A DNA stretch of 64,000 bases from Deltaproteobacteria bacterium (lineage in GTDB: Bacteria > Myxococcota_A > UBA9160 > SMWR01): assembly GCA_032128115.1 (NCBI GenBank), contig JAQBHB010000098.1, positions 1 through 64,000 of the forward strand. The letters run 5' to 3'. This document shows, in pieces, positions 7,812-17,536 of this stretch (within the stretch, counting starts at the first letter, position 1; each line of letters begins with the position of its first letter). The translations under genes were made by a program, and so were the position numbers. Under the pieces are notes generated by a model, which made no database searches, was not told the DNA's origin, and saw nothing but the letters and a program-made list of their open reading frames with translations.

Positions 7812-10576
7812 CGCGGAGCCCGGTCTTCCAGCGCCGCCGCCAGCTCGATCTCGCCGGGCGTCGCTCCCAATGGGCTGCTGGCGCGCAGGCGCGCGAGCAT
7901 GCGTTGCGCTTCCGGGCGGTCGCCCTGCTGCAGGGCCAGCAGCCCCGAGTTGGTCAAGACTTCGGGGAAGTAGGGATCCGCCTCGAGGGCCCGGGCCAGT
8001 GCCTGCCTCGCGCCCGGCGCGTCGCCCCGCTGCAGTCGAACGCTGGCCATCAGGTTCCAGGCCTCGGCGTCGAGCGGGTGATCGCGAAGCAGCCGCTCGA
8101 GATCGGTCTCGGCGCTGGCAAGACTGCCCTCGCGCTCGGCCAGGGCGGCCAGGCTGAACAGGGCGTCGCGCTGGCCGGGATCGATCTCCTCGGCGCTGCG
8201 GAAGGCCTCGCGGGCGGCCGTGAGGCGGCCGGCCCCGAGCTCTTCATTGGCTTCGCTGAGCTTGCGCCGGGCGCGGTGCCGGCGTGCCAGTGCCAGGCCC
8301 TCTGCCTCGGCCAGGGCCGCGCGGGAGTCGGCGCGCGCGTCTTCGCCCCGTGCACGCGCCTCGAGCGATTCGAGCCAGAACAGGATGGCTCCCCGCTCCC
8401 GGTCCTGGCGCAGCGCGGCCTCGGCCATGCGGGTCACGACGGCGCGCAGCTCGGCCTCGTCGCTGGCGCCGCGGCCGCGTGTGGCCCAGAACTCGAGCTG
8501 GGGGCGATCGTCTTCCAGGATGTCGCCCACGCCAAGCACCTCGCGCACCACGCGGGCGTCCGCGATGGCGCGGAGCGAGAGTTCGCGGGCGTCATTCAGA
8601 CCCAGGCGCCGGTAGGTGAGCCCGGCGTGAGCCAGGCGCGTTTCGATCTGGAACGGGTCGAGGGCGGGCAGCGGCTCCTGGGAGCCCACCAGCAGCAGGT
8701 TGCCGGCGCCCCACCAGAGCCCCCCGTGTGGGAACACGTCGAAAAACGTGCGCAGGATGGCCGTCAGGCTGCGGGCACCGATCTGGTGCACGGGCAACCA
8801 CTGCACCGCGATGCCCCCGGATCGCAGGGCGCCGGTGATGCGCCCGAAATACTCCCGCGAGTAGAGTCCGGTGGCGCCCACGGACCAGGGGTGGACCGTG
8901 TTGGCGACGATCACGTCGTAGCGGTCCGGGTGGCCAGCCAGGAAGACGCGGGCGTCGCCGCGCACGATGCGCAGGTTCTCGTGTCCGCCACCGCTGACGT
9001 CGCGGTTGTCGGGTGCGAAGAACGGATTGGCGCGCAGGACCGAGTCGACGAGTTCGACGCAGTCGATCCGCTCGAGAGGGAATCGCGTAGCGGTTCCCAG
9101 GGTGATGCCCGAGCCGAGGCCGACCTCCAGGAAGGTCTTCGGATCCGGATGCATCACCAGTGGCAGGGCGGCCAGCAGCTCTTCCGTGGTGCGCGCATCG
9201 CCTCCCGTAGACGCCTCCGGGTCGCCGTCGACGATCAGGTCGCGGCGGTTGTGCACGCGCACGACAGCGGCGGTGGCCTGACGGCCGTGGTCCACGAAGA
9301 CGGCGTGAACGCCGCCCGTCGCGCGTTGCCCGGCCAGTGCGGGAAGGGCCGCCAGGACCGCAGCCGCAACGGCCGCGATGGCCCGGCCTCGCTCGCCCGC
9401 CCGTGTCAGGAAGAGCGCCGCCAGAAGCGAGTTGAGGCCGGCACACACGAGGGCGCCGTGTGCGGGGCCCAGCCACGGGAGCAGGACGAAAGGCGCCAGC
9501 AGGGCGCCCAGGATGCCGCCCGCGGTGTTGGCGGCGCAGACGGCCCCGAACCCGGCCCCCACGCGCGCATCCGGCACACCCAGGCGCACAAAGAAGGGGA
9601 ACGCGCCGCCCATCAGAAAGGTGGGCGCTGCGCCGGCCGCCACGGCCAGCAGGGCCTCGGGAGCCAGCCCCCGGGCGGGAGCCGTCAACGCGGGCGCCAG
9701 CAGCCACAGGCCGAGTCCGATCGAGATCCCGGCCGCGGCCTGGATCCAGCCCAGGTCGCGGGCCGGGTGGGAGCTCCGGGCGGCGCGTCGTGCGAAGGCC
9801 AGGTTCCCGGCGGCGAGCCCCAGCAGGAAGAGCGCAAGCACGACGCCCCAGGCGAACAGCGACGATCCCAGCTGGAGCGCGGCCATCCGGGCCACCAGCA
9901 CCTCGTAGGCGATGGTGGCGACTCCGGCCACGGCTGCCGCGATCCACACGAGGGCGGGGCTTCGGGATTCCGGGGCCTGAGGCGCCGCAGGCGCCGCCTG
10001 GAATCCTCGACGGGCCAGGACCAGGGCGGCGCCGCCCACGGTCACGGACCCGGCCGCCGCCAGCAGCTGGGTCGCTCGCAGGCCCGCGGACGGAATCAGG
10101 AACATGGCGAGCCCCACGCCCACGACGGAGCCCGCGGTGTTCACCCCGACGATCCAGCCGGCGCGGCTCGGAATCTGGCGCAGGTCACGCACGGCGGCGC
10201 GAAGCAGCGCCGGCTGGGTGCCGCCCAGCAGGAACGTGACGGGGAACAGGATGGCGGCGGCGGGCACCAGCAGGAGCGTCTCGATTCCAGCCGCCCGCGG
10301 GCTCGAGGCCAGCGCGCGCAGCGCGAAGAGCGATGCCGCCGCAGCGACTCCCGCGGCCATCTCCAGCGCGCCGTAGAAGCGCAACGGGTGCTCGGCCCGG
10401 TCGACGCGGCGGCCCAGGAGGCGCGCCCCCAGGGCCAGCCCGCCGAAGAACGCAACCAACACGGCACTGATGGCTTCCACCTGGCTGCCTGCGAACAGGC
10501 CGATCTCGCGCGTCCACACCACCTGGTACACCAGTGCGGGAACGCCCGAGAGAAACGCCAGGATCAGGAGGGTCAT
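7808..10576 (-). CDS. Fused MFS-like/spermidine synthase-like membrane protein with C-terminal TPRs
   Basis: Two repeats of SG..AL.Y(Q/E)V.W.R TM blocks; SAM-binding FLEVGLGSGIT; DARVFL...YDVIV; LYSREYF; TPR-like C-terminus. Confidence 0.88.
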   Translation of the reverse strand: MTLLILAFLSGVPALVYQVVWTREIGLFAGSQVEAISAVLVAFFGGLALGARLLGRRVDRAEHPLRFYGALEMAAGVAAAASLFALRALASSPRAAGIETLLLVPAAAILFPVTFLLGGTQPALLRAAVRDLRQIPSRAGWIVGVNTAGSVVGVGLAMFLIPSAGLRATQLLAAAGSVTVGGAALVLARRGFQAAPAAPQAPESRSPALVWIAAAVAGVATIAYEVLVARMAALQLGSSLFAWGVVLALFLLGLAAGNLAFARRAARSSHPARDLGWIQAAAGISIGLGLWLLAPALTAPARGLAPEALLAVAAGAAPTFLMGGAFPFFVRLGVPDARVGAGFGAVCAANTAGGILGALLAPFVLLPWLGPAHGALVCAGLNSLLAALFLTRAGERGRAIAAVAAAVLAALPALAGQRATGGVHAVFVDHGRQATAAVVRVHNRRDLIVDGDPEASTGGDARTTEELLAALPLVMHPDPKTFLEVGLGSGITLGTATRFPLERIDCVELVDSVLRANPFFAPDNRDVSGGGHENLRIVRGDARVFLAGHPDRYDVIVANTVHPWSVGATGLYSREYFGRITGALRSGGIAVQWLPVHQIGARSLTAILRTFFDVFPHGGLWWGAGNLLLVGSQEPLPALDPFQIETRLAHAGLTYRRLGLNDARELSLRAIADARVVREVLGVGDILEDDRPQLEFWATRGRGASDEAELRAVVTRMAEAALRQDRERGAILFWLESLEARARGEDARADSRAALAEAEGLALARRHRARRKLSEANEELGAGRLTAAREAFRSAEEIDPGQRDALFSLAALAEREGSLASAETDLERLLRDHPLDAEAWNLMASVRLQRGDAPGARQALARALEADPYFPEVLTNSGLLALQQGDRPEAQRMLARLRASSPLGATPGEIELAAALEDRAPR

Positions 10577-10643
10577 GGCCTCGTCGCCGGTTGCGAATCA
10601 GCCGCGCATCATACCGCGCGGCGGGCCTGGGGCTGGATGCGCC

Positions 10644-11693
10644 TCAGCGATTCCGGCGGGCCGCCTCGCTCACGTAATCGGGCTTGCCGTCCTTCTCCCA
10701 CTCGCGAAAGATTTCGAAGAACTCGGGTCCCATGGGATTCTGGCCCCGGATCGGCATGGAGCCGCGACGGATCGTCCAGTCGTTGGGAGAGAGATCTCCC
10801 GCCCGACGGAAGTGGGCCTCGGCGGCCTCCTCGTGTCCGTGGCGATGCAGGTACCAGGCCAGGGTAAACTCGGCGCGCGCGCGCTGCTCGTCGCTGGTGG
10901 GAAGCATCTGGTGGCGCCGCACGTCTCGGGATTGCTCCGGCAGGCGACCCTCGCGCACCCAGGCTCGCAACGCGTCCAGATGCGGGCCGGCGTCCAGTCC
11001 GTGGAACTGCTTGAAGAGGTTGCTTCCGTATTCGATGGCGTTGGGGCGGACGATCTTCGCGTCTTCGTCGATCCAGATCACGGTGGAGATGTTGATGATG
11101 CCATACAGGTCTGCGACCCGGTGCTCGCTGTCGATCAGGCTCGGATGGGTGGCGCCCGCTTTCTCGATGTAGGGCCGCGCGTCGTCGGGGCTTCGGTCCA
11201 GGGCGATGCTCACCACCGTGAATCCGTGCTCGCAAAGCTCTTCGTACAGTTCCTGCCAGACCGGCAGGTCTTCGCGGCAGCCTCACCAGGAGGCGTAGGC
11301 TACCAGCAGCACCTTCACGCCGCGGAAATCCGAGAGCGAGTGCTCCACTCCCGACAGGTCCGGGAGCGTGAAATCCGGGGCCGTGAGGGAGGACAGGGTG
11401 TAGCCGCGCTCCGCGGCCGACGCCCCCAAGGCCGCGGCCCGCTGCCCCGTGTCCAATGCCAGCGGTCGCCCCAGCATTTCCGCCAGCGCGGCCAGGTCCA
11501 CGCCCTCGTCGTTCACCCGGTCCGCATGGGACCGCAGGGAGAGACACACATTCCCCCGACACAGCCCCTCGGGCTTGACCCTCCAACCCAGAGTCTCTTG
11601 CACGACCTTCGGCGACAGGCGAACCGCATCGCCGTCCACGTGGGCGGACACCCCCGTCGCCTTTCCATCATCGATCAGTGTGAAGTCGTGCAC
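10644..11693 (-). CDS. Selenocysteine-containing ResA/TlpA-like redoxin (W-U-G-C motif), about 349 aa; in-frame UGA at 11283-11285
   Basis: Track ORFs 11283..11693 and 10644..11216 share a frame and join through one TGA: APDFTLPDLSGVEHSLSDFRGVKVLLVAYASW-TGA-GCREDLPVWQELYEELCEHGFTVVSIALD, a continuous thioredoxin-fold sequence with TGA at the redox Cys position. Confidence 0.88.
11252..11268 (-). promoter_or_regulatory. Candidate bacterial SECIS element
   Basis: mRNA reads UGA-GGCUGCCGCGAAGA-CCUGCC-GGUCU-GGCAGG: 6-bp stem starting 14 nt after the UGA, apical loop beginning with G. Confidence 0.65.
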
Positions 11694-11733
11694 TGTATCT
11701 GCTGTCCTCGTTTCGGACTCCTGGCTCGAACCA

Positions 11734-11793
11734 CTAGCGGAACGCCGGCATCACCTTTTTCGAACGCCTAGCGGAACGCCGGCATCACCTTTT
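11734..11793. repeat. 26-bp direct repeat duplicating the 3' end of the LLM gene
   Basis: CTAGCGGAACGCCGGCATCACCTTTT at 11734-11759 and 11768-11793, separated by 8 bp. Confidence 0.9.
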
Positions 11794-12703
11794 CCGCGAA
11801 CAGCCTCGCCGGGATGCGCGTGTCCCGCCCGAACAACTCCATGCAGAACAACGAGCAGCCCAGCTGCCGATGCCGTTCGATGCGCTCGATGACCTGATCC
11901 GGGCTGCCCCAGATCCCGTGCTCCTCGAGGCCCGCGCCCATGTGGCCCCCGTAGATCTTCTTGGCTTTTTCCAGGGCCTCCGCCGCGGCGCTCTCGTCCT
12001 CTCCGATCACCACCACGCACTGCTGGGAGACCTCGAGGGTGTCGAAATCGCGGTTCAGCTCGTCGCAGCGGCGGCGCAGGGCTGCGACCTTGGCGGCCAG
12101 CTGGCCCTGGAAGACGGCCAGGTTGTTCCAGATGTCCGCGTGCCGCGCGGCGATTCCCATCAGCACCTTCTCGCCCCCGCCGCCGATCAGGATCGGCGGG
12201 CGCCGCACCGGCTTCGGCTCGCACACCACCGCTTCCACCGTGAAGTGCTCCCCCCGGAAGGTCACTTTCTCGTCGGACCACATGCGCTTGAGGATCTCGC
12301 AGGCCTCGTCCAGGGCTTTCATGCGGTCGGGAAGTCTCGGGAACGTGCAGCCGTAGCCCTTGAACTCCGCCTCGAACCAACCGGCGCCGAGGCCCACGAT
12401 GGTGCGGCCATTGGAGATGTGGTCGATGGTGGCGATCTGCTTGGCCAGCACCGCCGGGTTGCGGAAGAAGGGGGGGGTGACCAGGGTGCCCATCTGCACC
12501 CGCTCGGTAATGGCCGCCACCGCCGCCAGCTCCGACCACGCTTCGAAGATGGGAAGTGTGGGCAGGGGCACGCCGTACAGGTGGTCGCAGACCCAGACCG
12601 AGTCGAAGCCCAGGCGGTCGAACTCGAGGGCGGCGGCCTTCGCCTCGTTCCAGCCCCGCTTGATCTGGGGCAGGGTGACGCCAAAATGGACGGGTCGGGC
12701 CAT
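11768..12703 (-). CDS. LLM class flavin (possibly F420)-dependent oxidoreductase
   Basis: GFDSVWVCDH, EAWSELAAVAAITERV, RNPAVLAKQIATIDHISNGR, GLGAGWFEAE, PPILIGGGGEK. Confidence 0.92.
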   Translation of the reverse strand: MARPVHFGVTLPQIKRGWNEAKAAALEFDRLGFDSVWVCDHLYGVPLPTLPIFEAWSELAAVAAITERVQMGTLVTPPFFRNPAVLAKQIATIDHISNGRTIVGLGAGWFEAEFKGYGCTFPRLPDRMKALDEACEILKRMWSDEKVTFRGEHFTVEAVVCEPKPVRRPPILIGGGGEKVLMGIAARHADIWNNLAVFQGQLAAKVAALRRRCDELNRDFDTLEVSQQCVVVIGEDESAAAEALEKAKKIYGGHMGAGLEEHGIWGSPDQVIERIERHRQLGCSLFCMELFGRDTRIPARLFAEKVMPAFR

Positions 12704-12839
12704 GGCTCCTCCGCGCGGTGGGCCGAGTCTACGGGGGCTGGCGCAGCGGGCACAAGCACGGATTCAAGTCCCGGCGCGGCCAGGGGTTTTTCCGTCGGAG
12801 CGGGCCTGATACGCTCACCCTCCCAACACCGAGGTCGCC

Positions 12840-13913
12840 ATGAGCAAGAGCTGGGAGAACGCCGAGATCCTGCGCAGCCCCATGGAGGTGTGCTGGCAGT
12901 TCGACTACGACATCGATCTGGAGAAGCTCAGCAACCTGTATTCCAAGGCGAAGCAGAGCCAGTGGGATGCGGAGCGCGACATCGACTGGAGCCTGCCGAT
13001 CGATCCCTCGAAGCCGCTCCTGGATGAGGGCCAATTCGTCCTGAACCAGCTGCCCATCATCCAGCGACTCTCGGATTCGAAGCGCGAGGAATTTCGCGCT
13101 CATATGTCGGCTCACCTGTTGTCCCAGTTCCTCCACGGCGAGCAGGGAGCGCTCATGACCTCGGCCGCGCTCACCCACGCGGTGCCCGACTACGAGGGAA
13201 AGCTCTACGCCGCCACCCAGACCATGGACGAGGCCCGCCATGTGGAGGTGTACGAAAAGTACATCCGGAAGCTCGCCATCGTGTACCCGATCTCTCCGTG
13301 GCTGAAGGAGTTGATCGACGTCACGCTGCAGGCGGGCCACTGGGTGAAGATCGCCATCGGCATGAACATGGTGGTGGAGGGGCTCGCCCTTGGCGCCTTC
13401 CACAACATGCGTCGCTCCACCACCTGCGATCTGTTGCGACAGATCACCATTTCGGTACTGCGCGACGAATCACGTCACGTGGCCTTTGGCAACGTCTACG
13501 TGGGCGAGGCCATCCGCCGCATGCACGCAGACGATCGGGAGGATGTGGCTCAATTCGCCTTCGAGGCGGTCAAGGTCATGTCCGACGCCCAGGGGGGACC
13601 CGACGGAACCGGAAGGCGGAAGCAGGACCCGGGCTTCGTGAACGTGCTCAACCACGTGGGAATCGATACGGGCGAGTTCCTGCGCGACATCAAGGAGTCG
13701 AGCGCCGCGGGCCTGCGCGGGAAGGTGCCGCCGGGTCAGATCCACTCGTTTCGCGACCTGATGATGCCAGCCCTGGTGCGGGTTGGCGCGGTCACCGGGC
13801 GCACGCGGGCGCTGTTTGCCGAGGCGAAGATTCCGGTCTGGGATGACACCACGACGCTCGAGTCCCTGGAAGACGCCGACATCGGCGACATCGGACTCGC
13901 AGAGGCGAGTTGA
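12840..13913 (+). CDS. Ferritin-like diiron oxygenase (AurF-like)
   Basis: SQFLHGEQGAL, DEARHVEVY, VVEGLA, DESRHVAFG: paired ExxH diiron motifs. Confidence 0.85.
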   Translation: MSKSWENAEILRSPMEVCWQFDYDIDLEKLSNLYSKAKQSQWDAERDIDWSLPIDPSKPLLDEGQFVLNQLPIIQRLSDSKREEFRAHMSAHLLSQFLHGEQGALMTSAALTHAVPDYEGKLYAATQTMDEARHVEVYEKYIRKLAIVYPISPWLKELIDVTLQAGHWVKIAIGMNMVVEGLALGAFHNMRRSTTCDLLRQITISVLRDESRHVAFGNVYVGEAIRRMHADDREDVAQFAFEAVKVMSDAQGGPDGTGRRKQDPGFVNVLNHVGIDTGEFLRDIKESSAAGLRGKVPPGQIHSFRDLMMPALVRVGAVTGRTRALFAEAKIPVWDDTTTLESLEDADIGDIGLAEAS

Positions 13914-13929
13914 ACCAACCGGTCGGGCC

Positions 13930-14706
13930 ATGGTTCTCGATCCTAACGCTGCACTGCTGTCCGACCGGGTGGCCATGGTCACCGGTGCGGCCGTGGGCAT
14001 CGGCCGGGCGATCTCGCTGGCCTTCGCCCGTTTCGGCGCCGACCTGGCCCTGTGCGATCGCGATGGCGATGCCCTGGCCGGCACCGTGCAGGCTGTCGAG
14101 GAACTGGGCCGCCGGGTGGTATCCGGGGTCTTCGACGTGCGCGAAGCGTCCGACGTGAACGCGTTCGTCGAACGCGCGGCGGAAGGGTTCGGGCGCGTGG
14201 ATGTACTGGTGAACAACGCAGGCGGGAGCTTCTCCGCCCGATTCCTCGACGTGAGCCCCAAGGGCGAGGACGCACTCGTGCGCGAGAACTTCACGAGCGT
14301 CGGCCATTTCGTGCGTGCGGTGGCGCCCCACTTCCCCGAGCGCGGCGGCTCGATCGTGAACATCACGTCCATCGAGGCCCACCGGGCCGGGCCGGGCTAC
14401 GCGGTCTACTCGGCCATGAAGGCGGCGGTGGAGAACCTGACCCGCAGCCTGGCGCTGGAGCTGGGGGATCGCCTCATTCGCGTGAACTGCATCGCCCCGG
14501 ACGCGATCCCCACGCCCGGCATCGGCGATGTGCAGCTGGATACGCCCCTGGCCATCCCGGGGCGCCCCGACGACGTGGCCGGCGCCGCCGTGTTCCTGGC
14601 CACCGGGCTGTCTCGCTTCGTAACCGGCTCGACGATCTTCGTCGATGGCGGGAACCGGGCGGCCGGAGGCTGGCGCCGGGGCCCCGACGGGGGATTCCAG
14701 GTCTGA
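13930..14706 (+). CDS. SDR family oxidoreductase
   Basis: TGAAVGIG, LVNNAG, YSAMK, RVNCIAP, FVDGG; start moved to ATG 13930. Confidence 0.92.
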   Translation: MVLDPNAALLSDRVAMVTGAAVGIGRAISLAFARFGADLALCDRDGDALAGTVQAVEELGRRVVSGVFDVREASDVNAFVERAAEGFGRVDVLVNNAGGSFSARFLDVSPKGEDALVRENFTSVGHFVRAVAPHFPERGGSIVNITSIEAHRAGPGYAVYSAMKAAVENLTRSLALELGDRLIRVNCIAPDAIPTPGIGDVQLDTPLAIPGRPDDVAGAAVFLATGLSRFVTGSTIFVDGGNRAAGGWRRGPDGGFQV

Positions 14707-15530
14707 TGCGGGTCGAGGGCGTCGAGTCGCTGGACGATCCGCGGATCAACGACTACCGCAACCTGAAGGATTCGAGCCTTCGCGTGAACGATGGCTTGTT
14801 CCTCGTCGAGAGTCGACTCGGCGTGCAACGCCTGTTGGACTCGCGCTTTCGTCCGCGATCGGTCTTCCTCACCGAGACGGCGCTCGTTGCCCTGCGTCCA
14901 GAGTTGAAGCGGCTTGGCGACGACACGCCGGTGTACGTAGCCCGCTCCGATCTCCTGAGTGCAGTGGCGGGCTACCCGGTGCACCGCGGTTGCCTGGCGG
15001 CGGCCGAGCGGGGCGATTCCACCGGGCTCGACGAGATATTGGACCAGCTGCCGTCCGGGCCGGCGAAGCTCCTGGTGCTCGAGGACGTCATCGATCCCGA
15101 GAACGTGGGCGGAATCTTCCGCAACGCCGCCGCCTTCGGCGCGCATGCGGTGTTGCTCACCTCTCGCTGCGCCGACCCCCTCTACCGCAAATCGATCCGT
15201 GTGAGCATGGGGGCGACTCTTCACGTTCCCTTTGCCCGCTGGCCCGATTGGCCCCGGGGGCTGCCGCGCCTGCAGGGCGCCGGCTTCACGCTGCTGGCGT
15301 TCTCGCTCGGCCCCGGGGCCAGGCCGCTGCCCGCATGGGGCGGGGCGCGCCGGCCGCCCGAACGGGTGGCGTTGCTGCTGGGTGCCGAGGGAGAAGGACT
15401 TTCCTCCGCGGTTCTGCGGCGAGTCGACCACGAGCTGGTGATTCCCATGGCCGCGGGAGTCGACTCGCTCAACGTCGCCACCGCATCCGGGATTGCACTC
15501 CACTGCCTGGGTGTCGGAACCCCGGGCTGA
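14706..15530 (+). CDS. TrmH/SpoU family RNA methyltransferase
   Basis: LEDVIDPENVGGIFRNAAAFG, LLLGAEGEGLS, IPMAAGVDSLNVATA; TGATG overlap with the SDR gene. Confidence 0.93.
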   Translation: MRVEGVESLDDPRINDYRNLKDSSLRVNDGLFLVESRLGVQRLLDSRFRPRSVFLTETALVALRPELKRLGDDTPVYVARSDLLSAVAGYPVHRGCLAAAERGDSTGLDEILDQLPSGPAKLLVLEDVIDPENVGGIFRNAAAFGAHAVLLTSRCADPLYRKSIRVSMGATLHVPFARWPDWPRGLPRLQGAGFTLLAFSLGPGARPLPAWGGARRPPERVALLLGAEGEGLSSAVLRRVDHELVIPMAAGVDSLNVATASGIALHCLGVGTPG

Positions 15531-15543
15531 GGCGATCGAGCCC

Positions 15544-16257
15544 ATGGCGAAGCTGCTGATCGTGAAGACCGGAAGCACGTTTCCGAATCTGCGGGAGCGC
15601 CGCGGCGACTTCGAAGACTGGATCCTGGAGGCCATGGGGCTTCCGCGCGAGCAGGTGGACGTGGTGAGCGTGCACGAAGACGAGGCGCTGCCATCGCCTG
15701 GCGGGCCTCGGGGCGTGGTGGTGACCGGGTCGTCGGCCATGGTGAGCGAGCGCGAGGTCTGGAGCGAGCGCACGGCCGAGTGGCTGGCCGATGCCGTGGC
15801 GGCCGGAACGCCGGTTCTCGGCATCTGCTACGGCCACCAGTTGCTGGCCCACGGGTTGGGCGGGCGGGTCGGACCCAATCCCAACGGGCGCCAGATTGGA
15901 ACCCTCGACCTGGATCTCCACGGAGCCTGGCGCGACGACCCGTTGTTGGGGGGACTCGAGGCGCGGCTTCGTGTGCAGGTGAGTCATGTGGAGTCGGTTC
16001 TCGTGCTCCCGCCGGGCGCCCGGCTGTTGGGCACCACCGCCGGCGACCCCCATCACGCCTTTGCGATCGGAAGCTCGGTCTGGGGGGTCCAGTTCCATCC
16101 GGAGTTCGATGCCGACGTGACCCGCACCTACCTGACCGAGCGGCGCGAACTGGTGGCGGTCGAGGGCCTCGACCCGGATCGCCTGATGCGCGAGGTCTCC
16201 GAGAGCGACGTTGGCTCGCGTCTATTGCGCCGATTCGCGGACCTGGTTCGCGAGTAG
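15544..16257 (+). CDS. Class I glutamine amidotransferase
   Basis: VVVTGSSAMV, VLGICYGHQLLA, GVQFHPE (Cys-His-Glu triad). Confidence 0.92.
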   Translation: MAKLLIVKTGSTFPNLRERRGDFEDWILEAMGLPREQVDVVSVHEDEALPSPGGPRGVVVTGSSAMVSEREVWSERTAEWLADAVAAGTPVLGICYGHQLLAHGLGGRVGPNPNGRQIGTLDLDLHGAWRDDPLLGGLEARLRVQVSHVESVLVLPPGARLLGTTAGDPHHAFAIGSSVWGVQFHPEFDADVTRTYLTERRELVAVEGLDPDRLMREVSESDVGSRLLRRFADLVRE

Positions 16258-16309
16258 GGTAGAATCGATCTTCGTCCGATCCCCCCATTGCACCCGTTTC
16301 GGAGGCTCC

Positions 16310-17332
16310 ATGGCCACGATCTACCACGACGCCGATGCCGATCTCGCCACCCTGGCCGGTAGCCGGATTGCCGTCATTGGCTACGGAAACCAGGGCCGCT
16401 CCCAGGCGCAGAACCTGCGCGACTCGGGGCTCGACGTGATCATTGGAAACCGCTCCGATAGCTCCCACGACCAGGCGCGGAGCGATGGTTTCGACGTGAT
16501 GCCCGTGGCGGAGGCGTGTGGCCGGGCCGACGTGGTGATGCTGCTGGTGCCCGATGAGGTGATGCCCGGGATCTACCGGGAGCAGGTGGCACCCGCGCTC
16601 CAGGCGGGCAACGCGCTCTGCTTCGCGTCCGGCTACAACGTGGCGTTCGAACTCATCGAGCCGCCCGAGGACGTGGACGTGATCCTGGTAGCACCGCGCA
16701 TGATCGGCGTGGGTGTGCGTGACCGCTATCTGGATGGCAGCGGATTTCCCAGCTTCGTGGGCGTGCACCGGGACGCCACGGGCAACGCTCTGGCCCGCAT
16801 GTTGGCCGTCGCGCGCGGCGTGGGTTCCACCCGGGCCGGCTGCATCGAGATGTCCATGCACGACGAGGCGAGCCTCGACCTGTTCACGGAGCAGGCCTTC
16901 GGGCCGGCCTTCGGTCGCGTGATGATGTCGGCCGTCGAGCTGCTGGTGGAGGCCGGCTACCCGCCGGAGGCGGTGCTGCTGGAGCTCTACCTGTCCGGCG
17001 AGTTCGCCTACTCGCTGGAGAAGATCCGCGAGGTGGGGATGACCCGGCAGATGGTTTTCCACTCGCGCACCAGCCAGTACGGGTCGGTCACCCGAGGTGC
17101 CCGCTTCATGGATCTGGGCCCCGCCATCCAGGACAAGATGCGCGACGTGCTTGAGGAGATCCGCTCGGGGCGTTTCGCCGAGGAATGGTCGAAGCAGCAG
17201 GACAAGGCGTCGGAGATCTTCGACAAGGTGCGCGCCGCCCGCGACCAGATGCCCATGACGAAGTGGGAGCAGAAGGCACGCGAGGCCTTCCACATCGGCG
17301 ACGCGGCCGGTGCGGGTCCGGACGGTCGATGA
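16310..17332 (+). CDS. ilvC: Ketol-acid reductoisomerase
   Basis: IYHDADADL, IAVIGYGNQGRSQAQNLRDSG, DLFTEQA, SRTSQYG; GGAGG RBS. Confidence 0.92.
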   Translation: MATIYHDADADLATLAGSRIAVIGYGNQGRSQAQNLRDSGLDVIIGNRSDSSHDQARSDGFDVMPVAEACGRADVVMLLVPDEVMPGIYREQVAPALQAGNALCFASGYNVAFELIEPPEDVDVILVAPRMIGVGVRDRYLDGSGFPSFVGVHRDATGNALARMLAVARGVGSTRAGCIEMSMHDEASLDLFTEQAFGPAFGRVMMSAVELLVEAGYPPEAVLLELYLSGEFAYSLEKIREVGMTRQMVFHSRTSQYGSVTRGARFMDLGPAIQDKMRDVLEEIRSGRFAEEWSKQQDKASEIFDKVRAARDQMPMTKWEQKAREAFHIGDAAGAGPDGR

Positions 17333-17529
17333 AGCGCGAGTTTCCCTTTTCGCCATTTCCGAAGGGCTGGTACCAGGTGGCGCTCGGCTCGGATGTCCAT
17401 CTGGGCTACGGCGGCAAGGTGGTGGAGGACACGCTCCACCAGCGACCGCTGCTCTGCGACGGCGACGGTCCCATCCCGGAGCTGCGGCGTTGGGGGCTCC
17501 AATTCTATCCGGAACTCGGGGACGACTAG
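17329..17529 (+). pseudogene. In-frame collapsed relic of a KshA/Neverland-like Rieske oxygenase (66 aa)
   Basis: MKREFPFSPFPKGWYQVALGSDV + HLGYGGKVVEDTL + HQRPLLCDGDGPIPELRRWGLQFYP: N-terminal, mid-Rieske and extreme C-terminal motifs joined directly, metal ligands absent. Confidence 0.7.
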
Positions 17530-17536
17530 GAGGGAC

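Noticed and set aside
11283..11285. TGA as a nonsense mutation (pseudogene) or genome-wide UGA reassignment
   Set aside because: It falls exactly on the redox-active position with a SECIS-like hairpin behind it, and many other genes here end normally at TGA.
12721..12782. tRNA-like stretch (GGCCG...TTCAAGTCC...CGGCCA)
   Set aside because: Only about 62 nt; T-stem pairs 3 of 5; no credible D or anticodon arm.
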